From Bigelowiella natans CCMP2755 (taxonomy: Eukaryota > Protista > Cercozoa): a DNA stretch of 59,859 nucleotides. Under the pieces are notes generated by a model. The model was not told where the DNA came from. It saw only the letters and a list, made by a program, of their open reading frames with translations, and ran no database searches. The stretch covers positions 1 through 59,859 of the forward strand of contig ADNK01001682.1 in the NCBI GenBank assembly GCA_000320545.1, read 5' to 3'. A program made the translations under genes and the position numbers. Of this stretch, positions 24,118 to 37,495 are shown piece by piece. Each line of letters starts with the position of its first letter. The first letter of the stretch is position 1.

Positions 24118-25809
24118 ATGAGCCATTCGACGGACGAACTAAGTAAGTATCGAGACTATGAAAATAACCTCCTCTTAGGAGCGTTTGCTCAAACCTACCG
24201 GGCTTCATAATTGATTTGTCCTTCTGCAAAATTCAATTCAGCCCTACACTTTGTACGTACCATCTCCATCCTCTTCTAATTTAGTGTGAAAGCCTCCGAC
24301 CTCCCCCCTTTCATTGACGGCGAATCTGCATACTTATATGTAGGCGCGTCGCAATCACGTGATTTTTCATCGAGAGGCAATTTCATGCCGGAGATGTTAT
24401 CAATCAAGATCCTCGCTCCTTCTACAAGGAATACTCTGTAAGCTACCATGACCATTCATGATTTGCCTCTGCTCGCAACACGATGCTTCAACGAGCTCGC
24501 TTACAAACTCTGGATTTTTATTTTTATCTTGGAGCTAAGAATTCAAATGTCGTGGGATTAATGTCAGGCATGGCAAAGGCGTGATGTCCCTCGCTGGGTT
24601 TACGACGGCTTTCGCAACTTATGATCCAACGTGCGTGTGCTCAATGAAGTGATAATCATTCCATGCCGAGTTTCCGCCCCCCCCCCCAAAAAACATTTTA
24701 ACATCGTCGAACCTATTTGTACCCTGGAGATAGAGTTCCTTGTATTTGCTGATGCTCTCCGTGCGCTGATCATAGCTGAGATGCTTTCTATAAATATGAG
24801 GTTTTCTCTCCCCCCCTCCCGTCTCCAACATAGGCAATGCAAAGCGGTCAAGGGCCTCGTGTGCAGTGGTCGATTACGTGTTGACAGAAAGGCCGAAGCA
24901 CCAAAAACAATGGCCACAACAGTCGGAACCGAGAAGAACGATGAGAAAAACACAGCAGAGGCCAGGGCACAGACGAAGAAGAAAGGGCAAGGGCGTGCAG
25001 TGAAAGCAATGAAAATGTTGGTTTTTTTCCGCTCTAAGAACGAATTGGAGATGATGATGGCAGACGCATCAGGTTGCTTTAAATCGCCCGCCTCCCCACC
25101 CCCTCCCACCTTCCCCCCCTTCCTTTCCCAGAGATTTTGATATTCCCGAAGTTTCACGAAGCTAATGTAACATGTGGGAGACGCCATTGAGGAGAGATAG
25201 AGTTCCCGCCATGGACGCATGCGACACGACGCCAATACCATTTTCTCATATCTCCCTCATACCATGCGATCAGAAATCCCCCCTGTCCTGTTTGGAAGCT
25301 CTGCAAGGCTAACACGCCTCACTCGAATTCGGTCGCAAATCAAAGGCCTTACAAATTCACCGAACACGCTCAAATCGCGCATCCTCTCTGACGTCTCCAA
25401 AGCTGAGATCTCGCCCAAAGAGGAGGGGACAGACGAGAAGGGGGAGGGCAGGACAGCGGCACGGGTTCCATTGAACCCGTCCGCAGCTGTGTTCCGACCC
25501 CACCTGAAAGACACCAAGTCGAAAGCAAACGCGGCCAAGATGCAAGCTACAAATGCGACGATGAAATATGCGGGGAGGAGGCAGCAGCAGTACACCTACA
25601 ATTATAGCAGCAGCCGCAGCAGCCTTGCTATCAACGGCCATATCGACGCAGACACTAGTAGAGGGAACCAAGGGAGCAGCAATACGGACAGCAACAGCGC
25701 GGCTTCAAGGGGGGGGGGTGGAAGGGGCAGAAGGCAAAGCTGCAATTATAACAGCAGCAGCAGCAGCCGCCGCCGTAGCAGCAATGACAACAATACTAAT
25801 GGCGATGGC

Positions 25810-25848
<39 letters not shown>

Positions 25849-25966
25849 AATAATAACCCCAACAAATTGCATGGCGGGAGGGACAGCGAGGGAGCAGGCC
25901 GATCGCAAAATAACAATTCTACTGCCAAGCAGGTAGGTGCACGTGTGTGTTGGTGTGTGTTGGTGC

Positions 25967-26015
<49 letters not shown>

Positions 26016-26276
26016 AGGAGAAACGAAAACGATGATGGTGATGATGATGGTGATGCTGATTGATGGTGTCCACAGCGATAAAGATAGCAATGATGACGGC
26101 AAACCCCTCCCCCTCCCCTCCCTCTGCTTCTCTCACATTGCTAAATCAGTATGCTCGCTCCGTGTTCGTGTCTCGCATTCCGGCGGACGCTGAATGGAAG
26201 GATATTGCAGCAGCTTTCCGTCCTGTCGGGTCGTGATTAATCCCTAGTTAACTCGCAATCATCACACCTATTACTA

Positions 26277-26311
<35 letters not shown>

Positions 26312-26707
26312 GCTACTGCCTTAACGCCGCTGCCGCTACTACAACTGTTACTATTTTGTAGAGAGCGTCATTTCCTTAGATCTAACCCCCCCCCCTGAAG
26401 AGGTCCAAATTTCGTGTAGCCGTAGCCGTGCTCCCCCTGAGAAATGCGACCTTTTCCGCTCGCGACAAAGACCGATTGATGCTTCTCGTGTAAATGCGCG
26501 GGGGTTTCGTCGCTTGTTATTCGTTACGAAATACCTACTGTGTATACGCACGGAGGTGTGATGCTCGGTTGGGAGCTTGAGATTATTCTTCCTCTCCTCG
26601 CCCTCCTCTCCCCTCCCTTCCCCCTCCTGCTGCTGCTGTTTCAGGCCTACTGCACGGGTATTTCGGAAACCACGTCAAGCTTGGGTGGGTGGTAGCGACT
26701 TGTTGTA

Positions 26708-26753
<46 letters not shown>

Positions 26754-27686
26754 GTGTGTGTGTGTGTGTGTGTTTGTGTGTGTTACACATATTTATAAGT
26801 AGCATATAAGTATACTCATTTACATTTATATGTACGTTAATACGCACACATGTCGTGTCTCGACGCTCCCATCAGCAGTCAGTCAGTCAATCAATCAATC
26901 AACAACTCAGGCGCACGTTTACTTCCCTGACCTCGCGTCTGTGGACCTTGCTGTGACGCTGGCGCAGCAGGGCGCGATCTCGATTTTCGGCTATTCTCTA
27001 ACCGTGCGACGCAGAGAGCGGTTGGTGTTGGCTCAGATTTTACGATGATAGCCGATTGATTTTGTGTCTACTACTCAAAGTTGGGGCTAGGGAGGGGCAG
27101 GGTCGGGGGTAGGGTTAGATTCGTTTTCCCTGGCGGGTAGTCATTTATGACGCTGCTTTCCACTCTGCAGCATAAAACACATACATTCAATACAATACAC
27201 CTCGCCGTATTGACTGCGCGGCACTCGCGACGGTCTATTTATGCATGGGGATGGTGATGGGAGGCAGTCCGTGGTGGGCTATGGTGATGGCGGTGGTGGT
27301 GGTGGTGGTGATGCTGATGGCGGCGATGATAAATGTTACCTTGCTCGTCTGAAGAAAGTGCCATTGTTTCTCCCAGCCCGCGCTGCTCCGAGCGACGAAT
27401 GAAAAAGCACATCAAGGAAGCTCGAGCGCACTTCCGGGCAGCCGATATCTTGGAGGCCATGGCCTCTCGTATCCGGGGTGGGGCGAAGAGGAGGACAGGA
27501 GGGGCCGATTCTTCGTCGCAAACTGTGGAGCAAGGGTCCAGGAGGACAGCCCTTGAGCAAAACGGGGGAGGGGGCTCGAGCCTGCCTTCTACGCTTCCTT
27601 CTTCCTCCTCCTCCTCCTCCTCCTGCAATAACGAGCAGGTGGAGGGGCCGGCTTTTCGATTGAGGTACAGCACAGCAGCAGCACCA

Positions 27687-27718
<32 letters not shown>

Positions 27719-28070
27719 ACAACAACAGTATATCGATGCGGTGACGCCATAATCCCACCTATACTTCTGCAAGTTTCGGGCTATTCCTCCTCCTTGACCT
27801 TGCTACTGTGCTAAGCTTTTGATAATCGTGGTGGGATTTCCTCCTACTCCTACTCCTCCTCCTCCTCCTCTTCCTCCTCCTCCTCTTCCCCCTCCTCCTC
27901 TTCCCCCTCCTCCTCTTCCACCTCCTCCTCCCCCTCCTCCTCAGGATGGTGACGTGCGTGCCAACGGCCACGGCCTACTTCTCCTTGGAGAACATAGAAG
28001 AACGGTGTGCGCCAACCAGCGGCGAGAGGTGCGCGTAGCTGCCTGCTGTTACTCATACAATGTCCACATG

Positions 28071-28139
<69 letters not shown>

Positions 28140-28238
28140 TTAAAAGTTTTTCCTCTTAAAGTTTTCCTCCCCCTTTCTCCGCCCCCCCCCCAACCCCCCT
28201 CCCTTCCCTTCGTCTCTCCCGTATTCGTTTCTCTCTCT

Positions 28239-28272
<34 letters not shown>

Positions 28273-28939
28273 AATGTGGGGGGTGCGCGCGGTGGATAGA
28301 ATATCGGTGCTGGCTGCTGTTCGCTCCGCCCTGGGACTGCCAAAACAAGACAATAGCAGCACCAACAACACCACCACCAACGATGACGACGACGGCGATG
28401 GTGATGATGACAGAAAGAAAGCTGATGAGAGCGAAAGTAAGAAAGCTAATACGAATGATGGGGAAGCAGAGGAGAGACAGCGCGCCACCCTCGCTGCTGG
28501 TAAGTCCCAAGATCGTTCTCCTCCCACCGCATCCACAGCGCCAACCGCCATCAGCGCATCTAAAGAGGACAAAAGCACGGAGGAGAAGGAGGAGAAGGGA
28601 GAGGAGGAGCCGGAGGAGGGGGGAGGAAGGAGAAACAAAGCAGCTGACCCAAAATCTCGCAGCCGTGCTGCTACTGCATCCGAAACTACTTCAACCCCAA
28701 CCGCCTCCCCCCCATCAGCATCGTCATCACCACTGCCAACCGACCCTATTATTCCTTCCGCATCGTCGCCGTTTCTGGGCGCGGTTTCGGGGTCTTCTCC
28801 CCCTTCCATGACGGCTCGCTCGGCGCCGTCCTCCCCCCTGGTCCTCCCCCCCAAGGTGCTGGAGTGTGAGCATCTAGAGCTCCTCGATAGGTAAAGCGGC
28901 GGGCAAAACGCGCGACGCCATCGAATCCACAATAAATAG

Positions 28940-28985
<46 letters not shown>

Positions 28986-29329
28986 AATTTACTGGTGTAT
29001 TCCTCCCCTGCAGACGCACTGGCAAGGTAACATCAATGACCGAGCCAGCGTCTTTTGTGAAGAAGAGGCCGCAGTATCGCCTGAGGCCTCGCAGGGGTAG
29101 TGAGAGAAGAAGGACTTCGAGCACCAACAGCAGCAGCAGCACGATTATTGCCTCCTCGCTCTCTGCTGCTGCACGAGTTAACACGGCAGGTGGTCTCCAT
29201 TAAATATATATAAATGTATATAATATACATATTTATATATAAATTGATGTATACATATGTTTATATTTATATTTACATTATATGCAACCTGGATGATGGT
29301 TGTGATAATGATGTGTTTTGCATTCCTTG

Positions 29330-29375
<46 letters not shown>

Positions 29376-30204
29376 TCTACTTTCCCCCCTGTATTATGAT
29401 GATACGGCTGACCAACAAAAAAAACAAAACAGAGAGCTCAAAGGAGGCCACAAATTCCGGTACCAGCATCGAAGGAAGAAGTGCGGCACAAGCAGTGCAA
29501 AGAGGGGAAGGGGCAAGGAGAAGTGGCGCTGGAACAATAGACTCGTTGAGGACAAACGACGATCTTGCTAGCAGCAAGAATGATGATAGTAGCGATGCGG
29601 ACAGCAAATCCTGTTTACCCCAGGAGCGGGAGGACGAGGGGGAGGAGAAGGGGGGGGGGGGGGGGGAGGAAACACAAGCAGCAGCAGCAGCAGCAGCGCG
29701 TCACAACGATATTAGAACTCCCGCGGGTCTTGCCCATCCCCCCCCCAATTGTCTACTCGCGGGAACAGATGCTGGAGCTCAAGGGGGAGGATAAGGCAGA
29801 CGATATGCCAGATCTGTCAGAGAAGTAAGTGACGTCGATCCCACCTGGCCCTCTACCTTTCTCCGAGGATTTGAAGATGGGAGGGGGGGGGGGGAGGATA
29901 GCAAGGGCGGAGCGGCGGGTGGGGGTTTCGCAGCAATTTCGAGGCCTCCTGTGTTGGTTTTGGCGCACACTGTGTAAGCATGCTTTGAATGTGAAGATAA
30001 ATGGGTGTTGTTGTTGTTGTTGGTGTTGGCCTTGATTGCCCCGACCTCATGGTATATCCCTCGACCAAACCACTTCCTCCTGGTAGGTACTGCGACATAC
30101 GATTGCTCAACCTCCGACGTTTCCAGCAGCGCAACTCTGACTCCGTTATTCACCAAAGAGGAGGGCGGGGGGGGAAGCAAAGGCGCCAACGGCTTTACAG
30201 TTGA
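24118..30204 (+). CDS. Multi-exon low-complexity putative RNA-binding/translation-regulatory protein (RRM-like segments, PAM2 motif, eIF4E-binding-like motif)
   Basis: First exon MSHSTDEL then gtaagt. RRM-like pieces AYCTGISETT and QAHVYFPDLASVDLAVTLAQQGAISIFGYSLTVRR. PAM2-like VPLNPSAAVFRP at 25465-25500 and IVYSREQMLEL at 29748-29780. Poly-N/S/Q tracts; last exon ends QRGGRGGKQRRQRLYS* at 30204. Confidence 0.55.
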
Positions 30205-30409
30205 GTGATATTCATTGCTACCACAGCAAAACTTCATCAGCTGCCGCTGCTTCTCTATATAACATTCTTCCATTCATTGCTGTTGGTTGTTGCGATGCAA
30301 ATTGGCCATCTCCAGGCACTAAGGCTACATTCTCTAAGTCGTCGCTGCAAACGCGAGCACAAACGGAGAGCAGCAAGTAAGTCATAGTGGTTCTTCCCGC
30401 AATAGTGTG

Positions 30410-30442
<33 letters not shown>

Positions 30443-31172
30443 TTCATCGTTAAAACTGGATCGGTATGCAAATTTGCATCGGTGCATAAAGCATAGGGTA
30501 TACGCAGCAGCAAGCTCACTGATAATCCCGTTGTTGTATGTATGACCGCCAGGCATTTCCGTAAACGCAGCTACAGCACAACAGCGGTGGAGAAGTCGCG
30601 CCATTCGGCCATCGTCGCCAAGACGAAACGATGGGTTGTCAAGTTGGACAAATCGTAGGGCACGGCGTCGTAGTAGTCTTGCATTTCACGTAGTCAACCA
30701 GTGCGCACAGCACAAAATAAGCAAAGGCAGGGAAAAAAAAAAAAAAACAGGAAAGAAAACTTGACATTTAGCAGATAGAACGGCAGGTGGCCTAGGTGTG
30801 TGTGTGTGTGTGCGTGTGTGTGTGTGTGAGTGCTCATCTAATGTTCTTAAGTAGCAATGAGAAGAGCTAGCAAAGCTAGCTAAACAGGTTAGATCTCTAG
30901 GTCCATTGTTGCTTGCTGCTGTCGCAGTTGTGTTCTTGGTTGCAAAGTGGCACAGACATGCTGCACCATGTCAATGTGCTAGTCTAGCAGTGTGCATGGT
31001 CAAATCTACAGACAAGGCGCATTCTAGCATTATTGTAGCGCACGCACACTGTGCATGCACAGCACATGCGCTTGCATGCGTGCTAGCGTGACATGGCAAG
31101 TTCTGTGGCTAAACTTGTGCAATGTGCACAGAGTATATGACACTACCAACAAACAAGCTGCGTGCGTGCTAG

Positions 31173-32414
31173 CTAGCGTGAATGATCGTTTTCATCAACT
31201 TGTTCTTTGATCGACGGCGCCTTTCCCACGCTTTCATGTTGCGCTCTCTCCGCGCCTTTTCTTTTCAATTTTTTCCCCGCAGTTCCTCTTTCCACGGATT
31301 GTCGGCTTTTTCCTTTCGTGCGCCGTTTTTCTGTCAGCGTTTTTCCCTTTTCTTTTCGCACTTCTTTCTCATCAACCGTGCCCTTGACCTTCCCATCGAT
31401 CCTTTTTGGGGATTTTCATTCAGACCTTTGCACACAAGGTAACCACCCTGTACGTCATCCTGAACGCGAAGAAAACAACACCCAACCTACATCGGGCGCT
31501 GAGAAGATCATGGAGAGGGTCCCACTCCCTTGGAAAGTTCTCACCTTCGCTAGAGAAGTCAACACCGAACAATGCACTAGCGGCGGCAGAACTTGTTGGA
31601 AAATCGATGGTTGCGTGATCAAAAAGGGCCGTCACAGAGAGCATGAACCAGGAAAGAAGACCAGTAATGACAACGCACCCCTCAATAGCTCCAAAATCAT
31701 TAGAACTGGATGACTTAGCACATTCAGGAGGGATGTATGTGAGATCTTGACCAGTACAAAGAACTTCTGCGATAAGAACAATTATTGCGAAATGAGCGAC
31801 GAATGCAATAAATCCCGGGGCGGCGATAACCTTTTTCGTGGATGGCATCTGGGCACTCCCACAGGTTGCAGTGGTCTATTCTGGCCAAGCCAAAAAACCA
31901 AATGAGCATATATAATGCTTAGGTGAGGCGAGGGAAAAAAATGATAGTTATGAGCGTGGAGAGTAAGCTTGTACTCGTGGCATCCGGAACCAAAGAGGGC
32001 CCCATAGTGAGCGGTTAAATCCTGACAATCGTCTAATTGGAGAACAACTTGAAAGGCTCGATAGGCGAAAGACAAGCACACGAAGATGAAGAAGCCAAAG
32101 AGAATGAAGCGTGCCCGTCGGGTGGGTCCTTTCAGTTTTCTGCGGCCCCCTCAGCCCCCCAGAGCTCGTTTATGGCGCAACGATACTCCTTTACCTCAGA
32201 TATGTGCTCCTTTCCATTAGTTGATGCGTAGTATTTGCTCTTTTTTATCGCGTTGCAAACGCTTCCATTGAATGGGCTCTAAGAATTTCATTTCTATGTC
32301 TGGCATGGGGTTCAATGCGGAATCAGCTCTCTTTTCAGAGGAGATCGCGGGCATTGCAAAACATATCCCCCTCCCGTCTTCTGGGTGCGCGTATTCCCGT
32401 ATTAAGGAGTACAA
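31173..32414 (-). pseudogene. Probable decayed multi-pass membrane protein gene
   Basis: Successive hydrophobic segments in different frames separated by stops and frameshifts without clear introns (ARFILFGFFIFVCLSFAY; ALYMLIWFFGL; GFIAFVAHFAIIVLIAEVL; VVITGLLSWFMLSVTAL), ending in a Lys/Arg-rich tail. Confidence 0.35.
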
Positions 32415-32977
32415 ACAGCCAAACCCAACGCTAGATGACCGTGAAAACGTTTCAGAGCGTCAGCGTTTCTTATTAGGTGTGATTAGTAACGGTTTCTGGT
32501 CGGAGCAGATCGTTCTTGTTTTCAGATGGGAGAAGAAGAAGAGCTCCGGAGACTCTCCGACGGCAAACGAACAAGAACACATCGATGTTTCCTTCTACAT
32601 GCCGAAGCAACCCCATGCCGCTACACGGCGCTCACTTTCCATTATTTGCTCACATTCCTATGCGACGTACATCATTTCAGACCTAGGATCCCTTGACGCA
32701 CCCAAATATCGCAGGCCCTTTTCTTGCAGATGTTTCCCCGTTGTGCGCTGGAGCGCTCTAGATCCTACCGGTGAAGGTTAAAGGTTGGACTTGGTACACG
32801 TGTGGAGCTCGAATTTTAGGGCGTTTGCATCGATTTTGGCTGATTTATTCGGAGATTATCCGGAAATTGCCTGTATTTGTCACCAAAACGTATGTGCTTG
32901 AATGCAAGAGCGCATCGCCAAAGAATCAAATTCCAACATCCACGGACTCCATTTCGATTAATTTGAGGAAACCCATA

Positions 32978-33785
32978 ATGGCAAGCAAGGTCGATTGATA
33001 GGATCTTTTAATCATGATGGTTGTTTGGCAATTGCGCATCCCTGCTCCTCATCAGTAAACATCTTCTACTTTGCATATTGTGTCCATTTTCACGCTCTGT
33101 TCTTGCATGGTAGAGTGACGACGGAAAGAAAACAGGAAAGGGAGTAGCATGCTGCACTGCCAGCCCAGGATCCTACAAAGATGTGTCTCCGGAGGGAGGG
33201 GCGCCCCTGGGAAGCAAGCTCATCAAAATGACCCTCAAAGTTGGCGAGCAGGACGAGCCTCATGACCATCCCAAGCACTACATGTACATCATTGCTGGTG
33301 GAAAGTTGTCCATCACCGGTGCCCCATTCCCCCCCGGCGTGACGAAGGAGCTTGAAATGAAGACTGGTATGGGGATGATCGTACCAGCTGGGGCTCACCA
33401 GGTGAAAAATACCGGCGACACCGACGTTGAGATCCTTTTCCTGGAAGTCACCGAGAAAAAGGGCGAGACTCCCGACTCGCACAAAACCCCTCAAGATACT
33501 GACCCCGGTCATTACAAGACGCTCGCAGAGGACGACGACTGGATGGTTGTAAAGATGGATATGAAGGTTGGTGAGGAGGATCACCCTCATTCCCACCGTG
33601 ATCACATCGTCTACATGCTGGACGGGGGGGAGATTACCATCTGGCCTGGCAAAGAGAAGGGTGAAAAGAAGTTAGTCGTCCCAATCAAACCTGGCATGGT
33701 TGTGCCGGTTCCCGTCGGATACCACATCGTTGCCAACACTGGAAACAAGCCGGTCTCAGCCGTGTACTTCGAAAGAAAGTCTTGA
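32978..33785 (+). CDS. Tandem (bi)cupin-domain protein
   Basis: Exon 1 ATGGCAAGCAAG then GT (32978-32989), intron ending TAG at 33113, exon 2 33114-33785 in frame. Two cupin repeats: MTLKVGEQDEPHDHPKHYMYIIAGGKL..VPAGAHQVKNTG and MDMKVGEEDHPHSHRDHIVYMLDGGEI..VPVGYHIVANTG. Confidence 0.85.
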
Positions 33786-33969
33786 AGATGATAATGCGGC
33801 TTTCGCACAATTTGTGATGCTTTTCCGGGACCTCTGCCATTTGCTACAAGCGGGAGACATGGGAAAATATATGTCCATGAATGCGATGATGTGCTCATTA
33901 ATAGGATAGGGTAGGGGGTAATCTGCAAGGCACTCACTGGGAAGAAATATTTCTAGCGGCCGTGCGATT

Positions 33970-34732
33970 TGATCTATCTAATAATTATTTTGAATATTTT
34001 ATTCATAATCTGCATATAACACTAGTGGATTTTGTATTAAAATAGTTGCTTTTTCGAACAATATATTTGCTATATACAGTCAATATATACTCGCTATAGT
34101 CAGTCATCATATACTCGCTTTATTCAGTCAATATATACTCGCTATATTCAGTCAATATATACTCGCTATATTCAGTCAATATATACTCGCTATAATAGTC
34201 AGTCATTATATACTCGCTACATCCAATCAACATGAACTCGCTTGCCATGTATACACACGCGACATGTACACGTGACAAATTTGTGAAATTTGATTTGGAT
34301 ATCACATCATCACATCGTCTGCCATCTCACAACACACTGATCTATCTAATAACTCATTTTGAATATTTAATTTTATTCATAATCTGATATAATGCTAGTG
34401 GATTTTGTATTAAAATAGTTGCTTTTTCGAACAATATATTTCGAACAATATATTTGCTATATACGAACAATATATTTGCTATATACAGTCAATATATACT
34501 CGCTATATTCAGTCAATATATACTCGCTATATTCAGTCAATATATACTCGCTATATTCAGTCAATATATACTCGCTATATTCAGTCAATATATACTCGCT
34601 ATAATAGTCAGTCAATATATACTCGCTACATCCAATCAACGTGAATTCGCTTGTCATGTATACACACGTGACAAATTTGTGAAGTTTGATTTGTATATCA
34701 TCACATCGTCTCTCATCTCGCTCACAACACAC
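33970..34732. repeat. Tandem duplication of a ~370-395 bp unit, each holding a 24-bp minisatellite
   Basis: Units 33970-34337 and 34338-34732 both begin TGATCTATCTAATAA and end CTCACAACACAC. Each has six copies of approximately TCGCTATATTCAGTCAATATATAC. Confidence 0.92.
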
Positions 34733-35771
34733 ACATACACGAGCAACTGAGGTGGTAGGTAGCAAGGAGCTGAATTAGGTTATACGGTAAACCAACATTC
34801 ACTGCATGTGAATGAAAAAGTGAGTTCGAATCTCGCATTCAGCTTAGACGTGTATGCACACACGTCTACCATCTATCTGAGCCATTTTTTGTGGTTCATT
34901 GACAGTCCATTTGTAATTGTGTTGACGAGATTTTGCCCGTTGTCAACAATGTGCGTGTGACTGTTTTTTTGAGATTTCAATTGCATGAAGACACGTGATG
35001 CGCATGAGAGATGAATGTGCCCTGAATTTCATTTCCCCTCGATCCGCGTTGCATGCACCACGTGTCTTCGATCCTGGCGGTTATGCAGGTTGGCCGCAGT
35101 TTCAGAGCACAACGTGCGTTTGACATATGACCTTTCGATTTCCAACCTTGATCATCTGCTGACTGGAGGTTTGGCACATTGGCAATTATTTCTCATTTTT
35201 ATCGTTGTTGTGTTTCGACATGTTCTTTCCAAATGATGCACGCACGCAACATAGATTCACATGATCATGCGCAAGCACATGATTGCGATAAAATTCACGC
35301 GGCATCTGTGCATGGCTCCTGATCTAGACAGCAAAAATAGCACATCAGTGTGCTTGTCGTCAAGTTTAAGTGCTAAGATAACTGACACCGATTTTGTGCG
35401 TGGTGGTGGGAAAAATTGCGGAGGCCTCAAATGTGCAACCATGCTGGCATGGTGAAACCGTCGGACTGCGCTTGCGGCCTTTATCACTTTGAATGTCAAA
35501 TGGTTATAACACGTAGTGGCGTGCAGAGTCAGCAGGCACATCGCTTTCCCACTGCCTATGGATGCTTGTGCCGCGATCACAAACGGTTGTGAGCTGCTGG
35601 CACGTATGGGTACAAAGACATTACGCGCGAATTTGATGCTATGTGTAGATAGATGTACAGCTAATAATGTATGCGAGGGAAATAATAAAGTAGAATCGCA
35701 GCATCACGTCTTCTAATCTCCGGGCAGCGTTTTTTATATTTTGGCATATTTTTGCTGTATTAGCCCAGATG

Positions 35772-37406
35772 CTATATCAACGCTAGCAGCCGCTCTATCA
35801 ACTGCTTCTTGTTGCCCTGAATGGATTCCCCGCGCCGTTTGAGCTCAGCCTTGAGCGCCTTCGGCTTCATCTTCTTTACCGCCTAAAGGATGACCGCAAG
35901 CACATCACGCACCAAACACCACTCGTCGCGTATGGAGGGGACATGCTGCACTCGAGCATCTCGCATAAATACATTTCGAGGGGGGAGACCACAACAACAA
36001 CAAAACGACAACAACAACAACAACAACAACACCAACAACACCGGGCATAGCACAGCGCAGCAGCAGTAAACATGCACGTAGTAGTAGTAGTAGTAGTAGT
36101 GGCAGGCACTGCGCACCTGTCGATCTAGGGGAGGGGGTGTTGAAGTATCATCACAGCTACTGGAAGCTCGTTTGAGCTGGTCACCGCTCTTTTTCCCTTG
36201 CTTAATGCTTTGCGACAGCTTCAATTGCCTAGTCGCCGTCGCTAGCGTGCCGGCCGGGGATTCCCCGTTCCGCCCCCCCCCTGTTGCGGGCGATGGCGAG
36301 TGATCTTCGGTGCTATTGGGGGGAGGCAATTTACCATCCACCGTCTTCGATATATCTCTGTCTCCTCTGGTTTGCTCTGCCTCCTTTACAGGGGGGGAGG
36401 GGACCGTCACGCTTCGATTTCCCATTTTTACTTCGTCGTCTACGAGGCGTTGGTCATCGTTGCCTTTGGCAGGTGCCAGGGCGGTTTGGCGACTCTCAGG
36501 TTTGGTCTCGAAGGAGTTTGCAGCGCTACCGTTCCCATCTTCGTCAGCACCATTGCTATCGTTTTCGTCGTCATCATCGCATGGAATACACACCGGGAGC
36601 AATGGGTCGTTTCGCGCGATCTTGGCCTGTGTGGCGGACGATGTGATGAAGGTGGGTGGACGGCATTCTTAGTAGCGTGTATTATTATCTACTACCAAAC
36701 GAACACGTTGAAACCCACTGTTTTTCACCATCATTGCATGCATCTGTGTCCAAATGTACAAAAGGCTAAGGCACTTGGGAGTTGCCCGAAAGCCGATTCA
36801 CTCTGCGGAGAAACGAAATTCGTCCATCTCTCGTGGGGAAGTTCTCCCAACGAAAGAGGCCTGCATTCCAACGACAGAGCAAAAGAGTTGTCACACCTGC
36901 GCTCGCTGCTTTCGCTCGTCGTCAACTTGCTTCAGGTACTCCGTCTGGACATCGATGACCTCGCGGCTGACATTAGTAACCATCGTCGTCATCATGGGCA
37001 TCTTCATCGAAAGGGTAGGATAGAAGAAGAAGAACAACAACAACGCTCCGCCTTTATAATTGGAACATGTGCATTTACCTGTTGTCGCAAGACGCGTATG
37101 CTTGCAGAAGGGTGTGATTTAGGTCTAAGAATGAGTCCCCTGTGTTGTTTTGTTATGGGGAAAACAGCATCAATTGTGTGATGGAATCGTGTGATCGGGA
37201 GGTGTGAGCCTGTGTGAGCGTCGTGTGTTGCGTTTTCTTATTATATCCAAGCTTTTATAGGTACAGCATGTGCCAACATATGGTACTACCCCATTTGAAT
37301 TTCGATAACAACGCTTCTCCCTCTTCCCTAAGAAGGAATGGCGGTATTATCGGTTGTGATTAGTCATATGAAACGCATGCGCTTTAGCACGCAAATGCAC
37401 ACACAT

Positions 37407-37495
<89 letters not shown>

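Noticed and set aside
27085-27120. GGGGCTAGGG...GGGGGTAGGGTTAG telomere-like or G4-like tract
   Set aside because: Degenerate with no tandem TTAGGG array; G-runs are ubiquitous in these introns.
34060-34630. Regular 24-bp repeats resembling a CRISPR array
   Set aside because: Repeats are head-to-tail with no unique spacers, there are no cas genes and the context is eukaryotic; it is a minisatellite. The EYSEYILT ORFs are by-products.
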